A stretch of DNA of 64,000 nt from the NCBI RefSeq assembly GCF_027921745.1, contig NC_079240.1, positions 1,240,001 to 1,304,000 of the forward strand. Reading direction: 5' to 3'. Source of the stretch: Schizosaccharomyces osmophilus. Its lineage: Eukaryota. This document shows, one piece after another, positions 1 through 12,438 of the stretch (position 1 is the stretch's first letter; each line of letters opens with the position of its first letter). The position numbers and the translations under genes were made by a program. A model generated the notes under the pieces. The model made no database searches. It had not been told where the DNA came from and saw only the letters and a program-made list of their open reading frames with translations.

Positions 1-1604
1 GCGGGTTGATAATTATTCAATCCTCGAGTGCACAATCTTGGTAGAAGAATAGACCAATGATGTTTATCCCAAACAGTATTGTCAACATTCTCTAATGTGA
101 GATTTTGTAGATTTGATGAAGATACAATAGTTCTTTCAAACTGTGATGAATAGTCAAAGAGACGTGACAGGGAACTGTGGAAGTATTCCAATACTGCCAT
201 AGGTGAAAGAGTTTCCGACGTCGGTAGTTCATAAGTATCCGTATTGACAACCGAAGGAGTAACGCCCTCAAATCTAGCTGCTTCTCTTTCGACGCTTGCA
301 TTAATCGTCTGAACGTCAACTTCAGGAGGTTCATAATCATCATCTTCTTCTTCGTCAACTTCTTGATCCAATCCCAGTGTTTCAGGCTCAGATAAAGAAC
401 GAACTCGTTCACGAAGCATATTAATTTGTTGATGAAAGTAATCATTATCTAACTGACGAAGACAAGCCAGCACAATCTCAGTTACAACTTCCACCGGAAT
501 TGCTGTCACATCGAAACTAGCCAAAGGGTTGGTAGCTGCTTGCGACGCAAAGATATTGACTAAAGGATTATTCAAAGCGGCACTATCTTCTTCAAGCTCA
601 CGAGGCTGTATCCTGTCCATTAAACTTTGCACCGCAGAAGACTTGGCACGTTTTGAAGAAATGAAGTCTGGTGCTGAAGCTTGTCGCTTCTTTGCATGGT
701 CCTCTGTTTTGTTCTGATAAATTTGCCCTGAAAGATAAGCGTGTATTTTTTCAATAAGAGAAGAAGAAATTCCAGCATTTTTCGTCAAATGAAGCAACGT
801 AACTTTCAGGTTTTTCTCAATACAACGACGAGCAAGCTTGTCCAATGTAGCGGACTCGTCACTAGCTTCCTTGGGATTAGGCAAGTGAAACTGCAACAAA
901 TTTTCAATGATAGTGGGACCAAGCTCCTTCCTCCTGTTTGCAATTACTGGAAGCACATTGAGCACACTCGTAATAAAAAGAGGGCTTAGGGTCTTGGATG
1001 AAAACACAGTAAACAGTTTTTGGAAAAGGTCAAAAGATTCTTGTTTCAAAGTAGTAGGGTTCAAAAAAGGATGATTTGTAGGGACCTTAGAAAGGGATAC
1101 ATCCGACTTTGTAACTAAACGAGGATCTCTAATACCGGATGACTGGGCTAGAATGACAGTAGAGATGAATTTAATGCATGAAATTTTCAGATGATTGGTA
1201 GAAGAATCGAACAAAGATAAAATTTCCTGCTTTATTTTTGAAATTGCTTCCCATGACTGAGTATCGTCTGGACATGTACAGCAGTGAAAGAAAACAAGTG
1301 GGTACAGAGTGCAAGAGCACAAGATTATGTCCTTTTTCACTTCATCATTATCGAAAGAAAGAAGAGTACTTATTGTTTCCAAGCAAGCAACAGCCAATTC
1401 AACCTTTTGATCAAAGTCGACCCTTTTACTAGAAAACCCAAACCATAGAAAACTCGACATCCATTTTTTAAACCTCAAGTCCGAATAATTTGCAACAGAA
1501 AGAATGTTTTTTACAATATCGGGGAAAAGGCTTTCATCCTCTTTGACAATGTCGCGAGCTTGATTAAGACGCGCTATATGCTCATCGGCTTCTGGCTGTT
1601 CCAT
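1..1604 (-). CDS. pta1: mRNA cleavage/polyadenylation factor subunit Pta1 (symplekin-like), 5' part; runs off the left edge
   Basis: ATG at 1604 on minus opens MEQPEADEHIARLNQARDIVKEDESLFPDIVKNILSVANY...LYPLVFFHCC; apparently no stop inside the window, hence absent from the ORF track. Pta1-like N-terminus, and synteny next to mms19. Confidence 0.8.
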   Translation of the reverse strand, partial: MEQPEADEHIARLNQARDIVKEDESLFPDIVKNILSVANYSDLRFKKWMSSFLWFGFSSKRVDFDQKVELAVACLETISTLLSFDNDEVKKDIILCSCTLYPLVFFHCCTCPDDTQSWEAISKIKQEILSLFDSSTNHLKISCIKFISTVILAQSSGIRDPRLVTKSDVSLSKVPTNHPFLNPTTLKQESFDLFQKLFTVFSSKTLSPLFITSVLNVLPVIANRRKELGPTIIENLLQFHLPNPKEASDESATLDKLARRCIEKNLKVTLLHLTKNAGISSSLIEKIHAYLSGQIYQNKTEDHAKKRQASAPDFISSKRAKSSAVQSLMDRIQPRELEEDSAALNNPLVNIFASQAATNPLASFDVTAIPVEVVTEIVLACLRQLDNDYFHQQINMLRERVRSLSEPETLGLDQEVDEEEDDDYEPPEVDVQTINASVEREAARFEGVTPSVVNTDTYELPTSETLSPMAVLEYFHSSLSRLFDYSSQFERTIVSSSNLQNLTLENVDNTVWDKHHWSILLPRLCTRGLNNYQP

Positions 1605-2223
1605 ACCAATTTAAGAGAGACCTTGATATCCGTTTTTTATTGAGTCTATCGCGTTTTTTCTTTACAGTTGTAATAATACTACCAAGCTTTGCATCCTCCT
1701 TTATTTGTGCTGGTTTAAGTCTTTCAGCCCAAACTCACCAAGCACACGAATAACGATACGCTATGTAATTTTATCCTGTTTAACGGGAACCAAGGATGGA
1801 TTATGAAGCCAAGAAAAAAACAAATCACTTTACATTACAGAAAAAAAGAAAAGCAGGAAAAGAAAAGAAAAGTACAAATTATTAAAGATCAAACCTTTCT
1901 ATCGTTTTTACAGATCCAAACCTCTCGCTTAGATATAACAAAGTTATCTTAGGTCGTTAAGTTGATCTAACGATTCATCCCAAATTCCTCATATATTTCT
2001 ACCCACAACTTTGTAGGCCAATTTTGATTCAGTTCATAAAAATTAGCTTTTCGCTGGTTTTTTAGCTTATAAAAAAAGTATTTATAAAGGAAAGCTTACA
2101 ATTAGGACTTGCGCTCTCTGGAACTACAAATTGAAGGACATTTACACGTTTTGCATTTTCTTGCATATTTGGGATTCGGGTTTGGATTCTCGTTTTTCCT
2201 CTTTCTTCGTTTAATTTGTTACA

Positions 2224-5200
2224 ATGAACAGTAGTTTGGTTGCTTCCTACCTGTTTACAGTGGATAAAAATGAAGATGATGCAAAGGACATTATAAACCA
2301 TATCATAAGAGGTATTGGATACTTGTTTCTGATGAAAACATATTCCTAACTGCTTTCTCTAGATCTTGTCGATGACAAAATTGGAATCGTTGATGTGGTT
2401 ACTTCAATTGGAGATTATTTGACCAATACGAATGTTTCCATGCGAGCAAAGGGTAAGCACTGCAAAATATTTCAGCCGTACCACAGTTTTTACTGACAGT
2501 TTCTAGCTTTGCTTTTGCTTTCCCAGGTTTTGGAGGGATTGCCGAAAGACCGACTTCCTGTAAAGCATGGTAAGCAGCAATTGAAAAGAAAAACATGTTA
2601 ATTCAAATTTCTTAGTGTCTGTATTGATCCAATTTTATCTTAATCGTTTAGACGATGAAGTTACTTTAACGGAAAATTCGTTGGGAATTGCTGCTTTACT
2701 CCACATGGACAATTTTCCAGCCCCTAAAGTTGTGGAAGTTTGCTACTGGTATGGTTTATATATGCTAATAAAAAATCAACTAATTTTTCTCTTAGCTATT
2801 TTGATGCCACTGATATGCCTAAGTACTCGCAGCAAACGCGATATAGTATTTTGAAAATCTTTGATATAATTATCGATGAATACCTATTTGGTATGTGAAA
2901 TGTTATTCTCTAATGTGTATCTTCTAACTGGTTAGACATATCACCCAATACAAAAGATGCGTTCTTTGCAGGTATATGTACAATTTTTGCAGGTGAAAAA
3001 GATCCAAGAAATTTGTTTTTAGTTTTCTCTATGCTGCAAAAAATATTAAAACGATTCCCCATAGGTGGATTTGAGAAGGTAAGTCGCCTATTTGTTACAA
3101 CCTCGATAATGTTACTAACATAGATTAGCAATTCTTTGACATAACTTACTGTTATTTTCCCATTACATTTCGAGCTCCCCCCGATGCACAAGCTTTAACA
3201 ATCACGACAGACGATCTGAAAGAACAATTGCAGTATGTAATTTTTTTTTTTACCCTTTTTTCTATTTTGCTTACACCTTTCAGGAACACCTTGATTGCAA
3301 CTGATGCCTTTTCGAACTTACTTCTTCCCGAATTGTTTAAGAAACTAAAGGCTTCTGCTGTTCGTGTCAAGATTGATGCTCTTAAAATTTTTATTCAAGC
3401 CTGCCAAATTTGGCATCCCAATTCTTATTTGTGGAGCTGTGCTGAGTATTGGGAATCCATAAAGCAAGAGATCTTGGAATCTACTGATACAACATTGCAG
3501 AATACTGCGCTCAATGCGTTAAATCTTTTGGCAAAGAATTTGTATAAGGAAAACGGTTTATCGTCAAACTTCACAGACTTTGTTGACATTGTTATAACTC
3601 ATTCCTTTGAGAATTTCTCAAAAGATTTCACCGTAAAAATCGCTTCTGCAGTCGGTGCTGTTTTTGCAGCAATTGCTTCTGTTTCCGTGGAGAGTTTCAA
3701 TCACTGCTGTGATAAGCATTTAGGGTACATCATAGAGTTGCCAACGGAGTCGGAAACTCTCGAAAAGAGGCATGGAATGCTAATTTTTTTGAATTATGTG
3801 TTTAAATGTAACGCTTTGTTATATGGAAAATGGAGAAGTCAAAATGTCGTAGACGCTCCTAATCCTTTGCTTCCACACAAAAACAAATTTTTGAGTTTCA
3901 TGTCTGGATCTTTAATGGGCGTTGCAAAGGACGAATTGGATTTGCGGGTTTCCGCTGTCGATGTTTTATTTACTCTTTCTACCATAAAAGGATATTTGGA
4001 TGTAAATGAACTCACGATGATTGTTCAATTTTTGGTCGAGCTGGCCTTCGACTTGGATGACCCCTTGAGAAAAAGCGCTACTGACAAATTGAAAGACATT
4101 GGTTTATTCAAGCCAGACATTATATTATTGGTGGCCTTTCCTCATGCTTTTTCTTTGTTCCCTGAGACATCATCTAAATATAGTTCTGCCGAAGATGCTG
4201 CTTTTAAGCACTCACTTCATATTTTGATGACCATCTCTGAAGAAAAAAGCCTTTTCAAAACTTTAGTTATTAGAATGACTGAAGCCTTAAAAGACCAGCA
4301 AAATGCGGCCAAACATGACTCTTATTTTACAAGCGTCATACTCCACAATCTTTGTCTTGCTTTTCGAAATCGAAACATTCAAAACAGGGATGATGTACCT
4401 TCTTATTTAGAAAGTTTGGTATCCTGGTTATATAGTATTAGCTTCAAGTATGCTCCTATTTCCGCTTTGAGTGTCAAAGATCTTACTAGTATTTCACAAA
4501 TCATTAACGAAATTATCCGAGTTTGCCCCTTGAAAAACCAGATTTCTTTCTCAGATGACCTATGGAAACTTTATTTTACTAATGATGAGTCTCATCTCAT
4601 ACAAGATGATATGTCTGTAAGAGAGTTATCAACACAGTTCTGTCTTGAAGATGCAATGACTGATCAGAAGTATGCTGGATTAGTATTGCTTCTACAAGGA
4701 GGTATGAATGGCCTTCAACGATCAGTTCCGATCATTAAAGACTTGCATGTGACTTTATTGAATTCGTGCATTGGCACTGTAGAAAAAGCCACCAGTCCAG
4801 CCGTGATGTTGTCGGCTTTACGATTGCTATCTTCACTTTTGAACAAATGCAGCAAAGATGAAGATATCAATAGCTATCTTCAATCACCTGCTGTTACAAC
4901 TTTATACAAAAAAGCACAATCGAAAGATAAAGGACAATCCCAGACAGGAGTGCAAATCCTATCTTGGATTGCGAAAGCTTTAGTTTCCAGAAAGCATCAA
5001 TATGCTAACAGTGTAGTAAATTACCTACTTGATTGCTTGCATTTGGAAGATGCTGCTTCAGTTGTAACTGGGTTTGCTGTTATTATTAGGGATGATCCAG
5101 CCTTAAACAAAACCAATCATTATGTTGAAAGAATCCTCTATAAGCAGAAATTTTATGCAGAGGTGATGCCTAAGCTTTTAGAAGCCATACGTAAAGTTAC

Positions 5201-5685
5201 CTCCAAGGAAAAGCCCTTCTACTTGATGGTTTTATCGATTGTGATAGGTAATGTTCCTGAAGATGTTGTGATTCCTGACATGCCCACTGTATTACCTTTG
5301 CTCCTGCAATGTTTAATGCTTGAGGACAGCGGTGTGAAATATTCTGCCCTTAATGTTATAATGACTGCCATTAAGGAAATGCCTTCCCTTATTTCTGATT
5401 ATATGAACTCATTAATCCTACCTCTACTTACTATCCCCAAGGACATCAACAATCCAGCTGCTATTCGACTACTAGCCTTGAAATGTTTAGGCTTATTACC
5501 AGAACTTATTTCTCCAATCCATATGCAGCCTTACAGAGCGAAAGTGATTCGTGAAATGGTACCATGCCTTGATGACATTAAACGGTAAGTTTTCTCTTAT
5601 TTCTAAATGTACTTAATTAACCAACTACTATTTTAGTGTTGTAAGAACGGAAGCCAGCCGAACTAGACATAAATGGTATACATAG
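2224..5685 (+). CDS. mms19: MMS19/Met18 cytosolic Fe-S assembly targeting HEAT-repeat protein, multi-exon
   Basis: ATG 2224 (MNSSLVASYLF); several short GT..CTAAY..AG introns (e.g. 2312-2362, 5585-5636). Exons give the MMS19 motifs GEKDPRNL and CYFPITF, the large exon ~3284-5584 (LYKQKFY, LDD.KR) and the last exon VVRTEASRTRHKWYT*. Confidence 0.9.
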
Positions 5686-5716
5686 TTATGTCTATATACG
5701 TATATGAAAATATCCA

Positions 5717-6640
5717 TTAAATAAAATACTTTTTTGGCCAAGGAAGGGATAAAGCTTCGTTAATAATTTCAGAGAAATCTTCTTTAAAGCCAGAATTTTG
5801 CCGTAATATATGATGTTTTGAAATTGGATCATCATTAAGCCAGCCATAAAATACTGTGCTAGGACACACCTCCCATTCGGCTTGCAGAGACACGATTGTA
5901 CGTAGTAGAAGCTCTAAAGTTGACGGAGAGTAGGATGACCAGTTTGATTGAACTTGTGACTGTAACAAAGAACACCAATCTGAAACTAAACTATCGGTAA
6001 CTTTCATGTATTTTGAAAGATGGAGATGCAATGATTCCAAGAGAATAGCAATCCTACCGAGAAGTTGCTCGCGCATATTTATCGGTACACCGCTATTTGG
6101 TGTTTCAATCCATGTTGAATATATATCAGAAACGGTATCCATACCGGAACACCGGACAAAAGCTTGCGCTGACCATGTAGAGGCTACAGCTTTACTAAGC
6201 AAAAAAAGTTTTTTTAATGTAACGGATAAAGATGGTTCATCTTTTAAAGACTGTACAAACAAAGGCACGAGATTAACTTTGGCAGCTGATTCATGGACAG
6301 CAAGGTTATTGGCAAAGGCCGAAGCGAAGACACTAGAAGCCATAGATCGCGTTGCTTCTGGGTATCTTAGATTATTCATATACTTTACTAGATGATCTTT
6401 TAATTCCGGCTTTAACACCTCTTGACCAAAAGAATAATCATGGGAAAGATCTCGTAAGGTCTCAAGAGATGAATATATGACTTGAGTATTTTCGGTCTCA
6501 GAAAGGGAGACAGCACACTGTTGAAATAGTTGACTATCCGAGATAGTATTTTTAGTTTCAGAACAAACCGAAAATCTGAACGACGAAGAGAAAAGAAACA
6601 AGAGAACAAGTAAATGGGTGAATGCCGTCGAAATGAACAT
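5717..6640 (-). CDS. sil1: ER nucleotide-exchange factor for BiP, Sil1 family (ARM fold)
   Basis: ATG 6640 gives a hydrophobic signal peptide (MFISTAFTHLLVLLFLFSSS), followed by the Sil1/Fes1-type LETLRDLSHDYSFG and SAFANN motifs; syntenic position. Confidence 0.75.
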   Translation of the reverse strand: MFISTAFTHLLVLLFLFSSSFRFSVCSETKNTISDSQLFQQCAVSLSETENTQVIYSSLETLRDLSHDYSFGQEVLKPELKDHLVKYMNNLRYPEATRSMASSVFASAFANNLAVHESAAKVNLVPLFVQSLKDEPSLSVTLKKLFLLSKAVASTWSAQAFVRCSGMDTVSDIYSTWIETPNSGVPINMREQLLGRIAILLESLHLHLSKYMKVTDSLVSDWCSLLQSQVQSNWSSYSPSTLELLLRTIVSLQAEWEVCPSTVFYGWLNDDPISKHHILRQNSGFKEDFSEIINEALSLPWPKKYFI

Positions 6641-6844
6641 GATGGAAGGTCGTTTTAAAAAAGTGAAAAGGTAAGTAAAAGTAATTAATAAAAGGCAATT
6701 TTTGAATTTGCAGCAAAAGATATCTTGTAAGTGGATAAAAATGGACTGCGAAAAATTCAAATTGAGCAAAAGGAAGGAAGCTTGGGAAACACGCTATAGC
6801 AATTTAAATTCCTTTAGTAGATCGAGTTCTTCAATGTCAATATC

Positions 6845-7360
6845 CTACTCTTTATCGATGCAAGACCTACACAAGCTTGAAATATGTTTGGAGAAAGCGT
6901 CCTGGGATATTTGTCCTTCTTGGTCAAATATGTCAGCGACAGGTATAGAAAGCTTATGCGCAATTGTAGTAGGTTGTTTCCCTCTTTTTATTCTTAATGT
7001 TAAATCCAAATGAGGATTATGCTTCAAGGGGAGGGTAGTCTCTGCGTCGATTGATAATTTTTGGTCAGGACTTGTACCCATGTAAATTCGGTTGCGTTTG
7101 ACAAATGATATCCACCAAGTTAAAAGCCCGGAAAAGGTGAAATAGACTAGCAAAAGACACAAAAGATGCTCCTTTAGCTTGGAGAAATCATGGAAGTGTT
7201 CCAAACCAAATGCAATCGCAGCAGGAATGACACAGCCGAAACCAAAGAGGAATCGAATATTATCAACAAAATAAGACTGCTTGTATCCTTTTTTATTAAA
7301 AAATTCGATAAAAGCAGTATCAAAGTTGGATTTAAATTCTTGGATGTTGTATTTGGACAT
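6845..7360 (-). CDS. spc2: signal peptidase complex subunit Spc2/SPC25
   Basis: 171-aa ORF with two TM segments, GYKQSY..DNIRF and a C-terminal DIFDQEG motif typical of the SPC25 family. Confidence 0.85.
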   Translation of the reverse strand: MSKYNIQEFKSNFDTAFIEFFNKKGYKQSYFVDNIRFLFGFGCVIPAAIAFGLEHFHDFSKLKEHLLCLLLVYFTFSGLLTWWISFVKRNRIYMGTSPDQKLSIDAETTLPLKHNPHLDLTLRIKRGKQPTTIAHKLSIPVADIFDQEGQISQDAFSKHISSLCRSCIDKE

Positions 7361-8195
7361 AACTTTTATGAAAGCTACTAGGCAGGGAAAAGGAGCGAAG
7401 AGGCTGCAGAATCCTAGACATGGTCACCAATTGGATCTATTTTGAAATTTGTATAGAAAAAGAAAAAGAAAGAACTTATACTTTATAAATCGAGGACATA
7501 AATCCCTGCGAGGAGTTACAAGCGTTGACTCCATAAAAGCTGAGGTAAATCGTATTCACTAACAGTATCTACTTCGGCTTTTCTTACTACTCAAGACCTC
7601 ATTTATGGACTACGGATCGGTTGCGAAAACTACCAAGCTCTTCTACCCTTGTCGGCTTAATTCTTACCTTGCAAACTGAAAAGAAAAAGTAGCGTAAACG
7701 CAGAGTGCTTCCTGAAGCACCATGCTTCTCTTCTTTAAGGTCGTATGAAACGAAAGTGTTCGCTTTTTAAGGACGTATTGCCTACTTGTTTTTTTGCCTG
7801 AAAAGCCAGAATGGCATACTTCCTAGCAGAACATTTTAGAAAGCCGGATGTTCAAAAGAGACTAATTTTAGGTAATGATATCTTACTTAATTCCACCGAA
7901 TCTGTTCTCCTTACATTCAAAATGCCAATTTTACTTTAAGCCAAAAGCGCCTTTCCAAGGGAAAATGAATAGTCCGCTAGTTTTCGTCCAATTTTAAAAT
8001 GCGTAAGATCGATGAAACAGGTCATTCATAGTTTCAAATCTTTTTTCATATCACTTTGCCTTTTACTCTTCTTGACTTTTGTTTTGTACCGAGATGAAAC
8101 GCGCTGCACAATTTGCTGAAGCAGTCATTCATAATAAAGTCTTGGTATTTTCCAAGGACTGGGGTATTCAAGAAATATTAAAAAAATCCGTAAGA

Positions 8196-9203
8196 ATGCA
8201 GGCAGAAGGGTTCACATTTGGATTTTATGATGAGCCAAAGCCTCAGCAACAGCAGGAAACACAAAACAAAGATCCTGCACCTGTCCCTATTGAATCTGTT
8301 TCACTTGGGCGTATACTAAAATACATTCCGTCGAAGCTATCCTATGCGCGTGTGCATGGGCTACCCAATAAGGTAGTTCAAAGAGAACTATGGGACGTGA
8401 AGATACAATTGATGGAGAGCGACTCGTTAGAGTCCACACCTTCGGAATTAAAATTGCTGGATAGTGCAAACGATTTGGTGCCCAAGGTATATGAAGGAGG
8501 CTTCAAAACATGGGAATGCAGTATTGATTTGTGCCACGAAATAAAAAAGATCAATATTTTGGATCGGAACTTGAGTAGGATTTTGGAACTTGGTTGTGGA
8601 AGCGCCTTGCCCATCTTGAGTTGCTTTCAAGAGCTCTACCAAAGACGCGAGCCAAGCACTTTGGTTTTCCAAGATTATAACATCGACGTTTTACGATATA
8701 TAACACTTCCCAACTTGTTGCTGAATTGGTACTTCAATACGCAGGAGCATGATTCATCTCAAGAACACGGCACGATAAACGTGACCGAAAACTTGCTCCA
8801 AGAATTCAGCGATGATTTTGCTCGTAACAGTATAACTTGCGAATTTTTATCAGGACCTTGGGGTTCAGAAATGCAGAATATGATCCAGCAGTCGTATGGT
8901 AGTCACTACTTTTCTCTGATCCTGGCTTCCGAAACGATTTACTCAATTCCTTCTTTAGAACCATTTATATACATGCTGTTGGAAAACACTAGGAATATCG
9001 CCTTAATCGCAGGCAAAGATTTGTATTTTGGCGTTGGAGGCAGTATTTTGGAGTTTTATCTTCGATTACAAAAAGTTGTTTCTTCGGAAGACTCTTTAAG
9101 AACTGTAAAATCATCCTTCAGCAACGTTGGAAGATCTTTGGTTTATTGGGAGCGTTCATTCATAGCTGAATCTTCTACGGAGTCGTCTTCAGTGAAAAAA
9201 TGA
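8196..9203 (+). CDS. hpm1: histidine protein methyltransferase Hpm1/METTL18 family
   Basis: VYEGGFKTWECSIDL, ILELGCGSALP (SAM motif I), LASETIYS and YFGVGGS. Likely ATG 8196; an in-frame upstream ATG also exists. Confidence 0.88.
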   Translation: MQAEGFTFGFYDEPKPQQQQETQNKDPAPVPIESVSLGRILKYIPSKLSYARVHGLPNKVVQRELWDVKIQLMESDSLESTPSELKLLDSANDLVPKVYEGGFKTWECSIDLCHEIKKINILDRNLSRILELGCGSALPILSCFQELYQRREPSTLVFQDYNIDVLRYITLPNLLLNWYFNTQEHDSSQEHGTINVTENLLQEFSDDFARNSITCEFLSGPWGSEMQNMIQQSYGSHYFSLILASETIYSIPSLEPFIYMLLENTRNIALIAGKDLYFGVGGSILEFYLRLQKVVSSEDSLRTVKSSFSNVGRSLVYWERSFIAESSTESSSVKK

Positions 9204-9973
9204 ACAACTGTTTTGTCTTTCTAGAGCTGTTATTCACCAGCATTCCGTGCAATCCTTATAAAAATTTGTTTTTCGATCTATAGTTAATGTTTGTGTGTGT
9301 TTTTCGGCTCTCTTCCTATCTATGTATATTAATTCAACGCATACAAAAAGGACGATTTCATGTTTTCTAGTGGATGAGAGAGGATATGACTTCTAAAGTT
9401 CCTTCTCCTATCCCTCATAGAAAAACCAATGCTTTGTAAATTACTTTTCTGTCAATATGCGGAATCCTCCCATCCGTTCGTCTTGAACGTTTGGTGGGTG
9501 TGATTATAGAGTTAGTATGTTTTTTTTTTTTAATTTAGACTTTTTTATTCTCTTGTGTTGGACATGCTCTCTGCCTTTGTAAATTAGATTGGTCTTTTTC
9601 CTACCGAAATCACGAGGCTTCGTGAATAGAAAAAAATAAACTAAGGAGAGACAGGGAGAGAGATAATAATGATTTTTCTTTTTTATTTATAGTTAGTGCC
9701 CAAGTTTTTGGTTAATAAATGCCATGGTCTAAATCATTGAAAGCGATTTATGAAAGCAGCGTCAAAATGCTTATAAGGGATGCCTCCTATAATGTATTGA
9801 AATGATCTTATCCTCTAAATAGGAAAACTTGATATAACTAGAGTCTCACATATTTGTCTAAAACTACTCAAACCTCGTTTCAAATTCCACTGTACTAGTA
9901 CTAGTACTACTACTACTACTAACTAGGACGTAGGTCATAACACTACTAAAGGGGAATCCGAACTTGAATAGTT

Positions 9974-11578
9974 ATGCCTTCATTTCGCGATGATCATATC
10001 GTTGTAATACAAGTAGGATCCTTGTATCATCGTGCTGTCCTTGGGCTTGGTGAATCAATAGGACCACCCACGGTTCGCGTGCGTACCAGAGTTGGAAAGA
10101 ATGAAGAAGGAGATTATATTTTTGGCAATCAGAAAGAGGAAGACGTAAAACAGGAGGAAAGTCCAAAAGAAGAGGGATCAAAGCAAAGCGAACAAATTTT
10201 GGAAAAACCAGAATCTCAGGATCAAGACTCGTCAAATTACAAGAATGAGCTTGGGGAAGATAACCAGAAGGACGAATTTAGTCCCTCTTTTCAATCTGAA
10301 TGTAATGCTGAAGACTGGAAACCTCTTCCAAATGAGATTCAGCCCATACAAAAAGGATGTGTTGTCGATTGGGATGCATTGAGAGCATTCTGGAAGCACT
10401 TTTATTCTATAATTCTCAATACGTCAACGGAAGCTATTTCGCAGTATCCTATATGCCTATTAATACCAACATACTGGTCCTCTTACGATCGAGAGGTTGC
10501 AACCCAATTCTTTTTTGAAGAGCTACGTGTGCCAGCTTTTACAATTGGTTATGAATCACTCATGGGGCTATACGCAATTGGCGTTTTACATGGACTTGTA
10601 ATTGATGTTGGCTTTGAAAAAACAGACATTACTCCAATTTTAGACGGCCAGATCCTTTTTCCCGCGACACAACAAATTCCACTGGGTGGACGAAGTATGA
10701 CTTTACATATGCAGAAATTGATGCAAGAATCTTTACCAACTCTGCAAGCAACAGGGAAACATGTAGATCCAGAACATATCACTGAACTGCTTGCGGAACA
10801 AGTCAAGTGCAGCGAGATTACCCAAATTATGCGGGAGGAGCAAGATGCATCCAAAGAAAAATCAAAGCGAGAAGACGAATCTAATACAAACAAGGATGAC
10901 GAAGGTGTTGAAGATATTGGAAAGATTGTAGCTACTGGCCAAACAAGAGCGTATCTTGCTCGGAAAGAAGAAGAGCGAAAGGGAAATAATTCACAAAGAA
11001 AAATTCCCGAAAATAGTGAGGTTGAATTTCAAACCATAAATCTCTCACCCATTGGGGATTGTATTGTCGGCAGGGAACGTTTTAAAGCATGCCAGGAACT
11101 TTTCCACCGCCCTTCAAACCACAGTGTCAGTTTGCCAGAAGCTGTTTATCTGACAATTAAACACAACAGTGTCGATTATAATCGCCGAAATGACTTATGG
11201 GAGAACATCATTGTAATGGGTTGCGGATCTCGCGTTCGGGGGTTCCGGGAAGCGCTCGTTCAGCAACTTCAGTTTAAGTATCAATTAACAGGGAAGTTGG
11301 AGCCATACTATGTTGCACAAGGTACAGACTCCCTTATCGGTATGACTACAAATCCTCCGACACCCTATCCGCCGCTCATCAATCCCTGCAAAACTTTGCC
11401 AGATTACTTTCCTTCCTGGAAACCAGATGCCAATACCAACGCCATGTTTGAAGAATTGGCATTTTTGGGAGGTAGTATTGTCGCTAAGACGTCCTTTAAT
11501 GAGTCTGTTGCCTCACATTATGTTACGTTTGATGAATATGTTCAGAGTGGACCTACCGAAATACATAGTAAGCAATAA
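9974..11578 (+). CDS. arp9: actin-related protein Arp9 (SWI/SNF and RSC subunit)
   Basis: Actin-fold motifs (PIQKGCVVDWD, GLVIDVG, FLGGSIVAK) in a 534-aa ORF; synteny. Confidence 0.85.
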   Translation: MPSFRDDHIVVIQVGSLYHRAVLGLGESIGPPTVRVRTRVGKNEEGDYIFGNQKEEDVKQEESPKEEGSKQSEQILEKPESQDQDSSNYKNELGEDNQKDEFSPSFQSECNAEDWKPLPNEIQPIQKGCVVDWDALRAFWKHFYSIILNTSTEAISQYPICLLIPTYWSSYDREVATQFFFEELRVPAFTIGYESLMGLYAIGVLHGLVIDVGFEKTDITPILDGQILFPATQQIPLGGRSMTLHMQKLMQESLPTLQATGKHVDPEHITELLAEQVKCSEITQIMREEQDASKEKSKREDESNTNKDDEGVEDIGKIVATGQTRAYLARKEEERKGNNSQRKIPENSEVEFQTINLSPIGDCIVGRERFKACQELFHRPSNHSVSLPEAVYLTIKHNSVDYNRRNDLWENIIVMGCGSRVRGFREALVQQLQFKYQLTGKLEPYYVAQGTDSLIGMTTNPPTPYPPLINPCKTLPDYFPSWKPDANTNAMFEELAFLGGSIVAKTSFNESVASHYVTFDEYVQSGPTEIHSKQ

Positions 11579-11797
11579 TTCATAAGTGCATAGATTAAAA
11601 ATAAAGAGATTTAAAGAATACTGGGCTTAATGACTTTACATATAGCAAAGCAAATTAACACAACAGTTACTGTTCAAGCTTACTACGAATACATTCAGAA
11701 CACTTAAATATACATAGCTCTCAATTTACAATGCTCAACATGATATCGAATATTCCATTAGAGAAAATATATATATATACATATATTTCAAACAAGT

Positions 11798-12262
11798 CTA
11801 CTTCAAGGGGATGAAGCGAGAGCTGTTAGTGGCACCAATACCAGGGCGACCGTGTCTGGTAGGCTTGTAGGAGATGGAGAATTCACCCAAGTAATGACCA
11901 ATCATTTCGGGGCGAATTTCAACTTGGTTGAAAAGCTTACCGTTGTAGACACCAACGAGGGAGCCAACCATCTCGGGGAGGATGATCATGCCACGCAAGT
12001 GAGTCTTGACAACAGCGGGCTTTTCGTTCACAGGAGCCTCAGCCTTGGCTTGACGAAGCTTCTTTATGAAGCGAGAAGCACCAGCTCCAAGACCACGGAG
12101 CATACGGCGGCGAAGACGAGCAGGGAATAACTCAATCAATTCCTCAGCGGAAAGGTCCAAGAGCTTTTCCAGCTCAACGCCACGGTATGTAAAGGTGCGG
12201 AAGGTTCTTCTCTTCCTTAATTCAGCAGCACGGACGGCTTCCTCGTAGTTTTCCTCTGCCAT
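11798..12262 (-). CDS. rps15: 40S ribosomal protein S15 (uS19)
   Basis: [16 protein letters not shown]...YNGK and the C-terminal [12 protein letters not shown]. Confidence 0.97.
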   Translation of the reverse strand: MAEENYEEAVRAAELRKRRTFRTFTYRGVELEKLLDLSAEELIELFPARLRRRMLRGLGAGASRFIKKLRQAKAEAPVNEKPAVVKTHLRGMIILPEMVGSLVGVYNGKLFNQVEIRPEMIGHYLGEFSISYKPTRHGRPGIGATNSSRFIPLK

Positions 12263-12321
12263 GGTGTTTGATCCAGGTGAAGGGAAACAATACTGCTTAG
12301 TTTCCTCACAACCAAGACGTG

Positions 12322-12357
12322 TGTGACTGCTTTTTTCGTAAACAAAAAACAGTCACG
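12322..12357. promoter_or_regulatory. two inverted Homol D boxes in the bidirectional rps15/rpp2 promoter
   Basis: TGTGACTG at 12322-12329 (perfect CAGTCACA on minus) and CAGTCACG at 12350-12357, within the 176-bp gap between two divergent ribosomal-protein genes. Homol D is the known fission-yeast RP core promoter element. Confidence 0.8.
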
Positions 12358-12438
12358 AAAATCGAAACTGGAAAAGTAGTTAGTTGTGAAACTCGCTACA
12401 ACAACACGCCGTCAACCGCATACAAATACAAAAGGAAA

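Noticed and set aside
9893..9925. TACTAG/TAC short repeats upstream of arp9
   Set aside because: Simple microsatellite with no spacer structure; not an array of functional interest.
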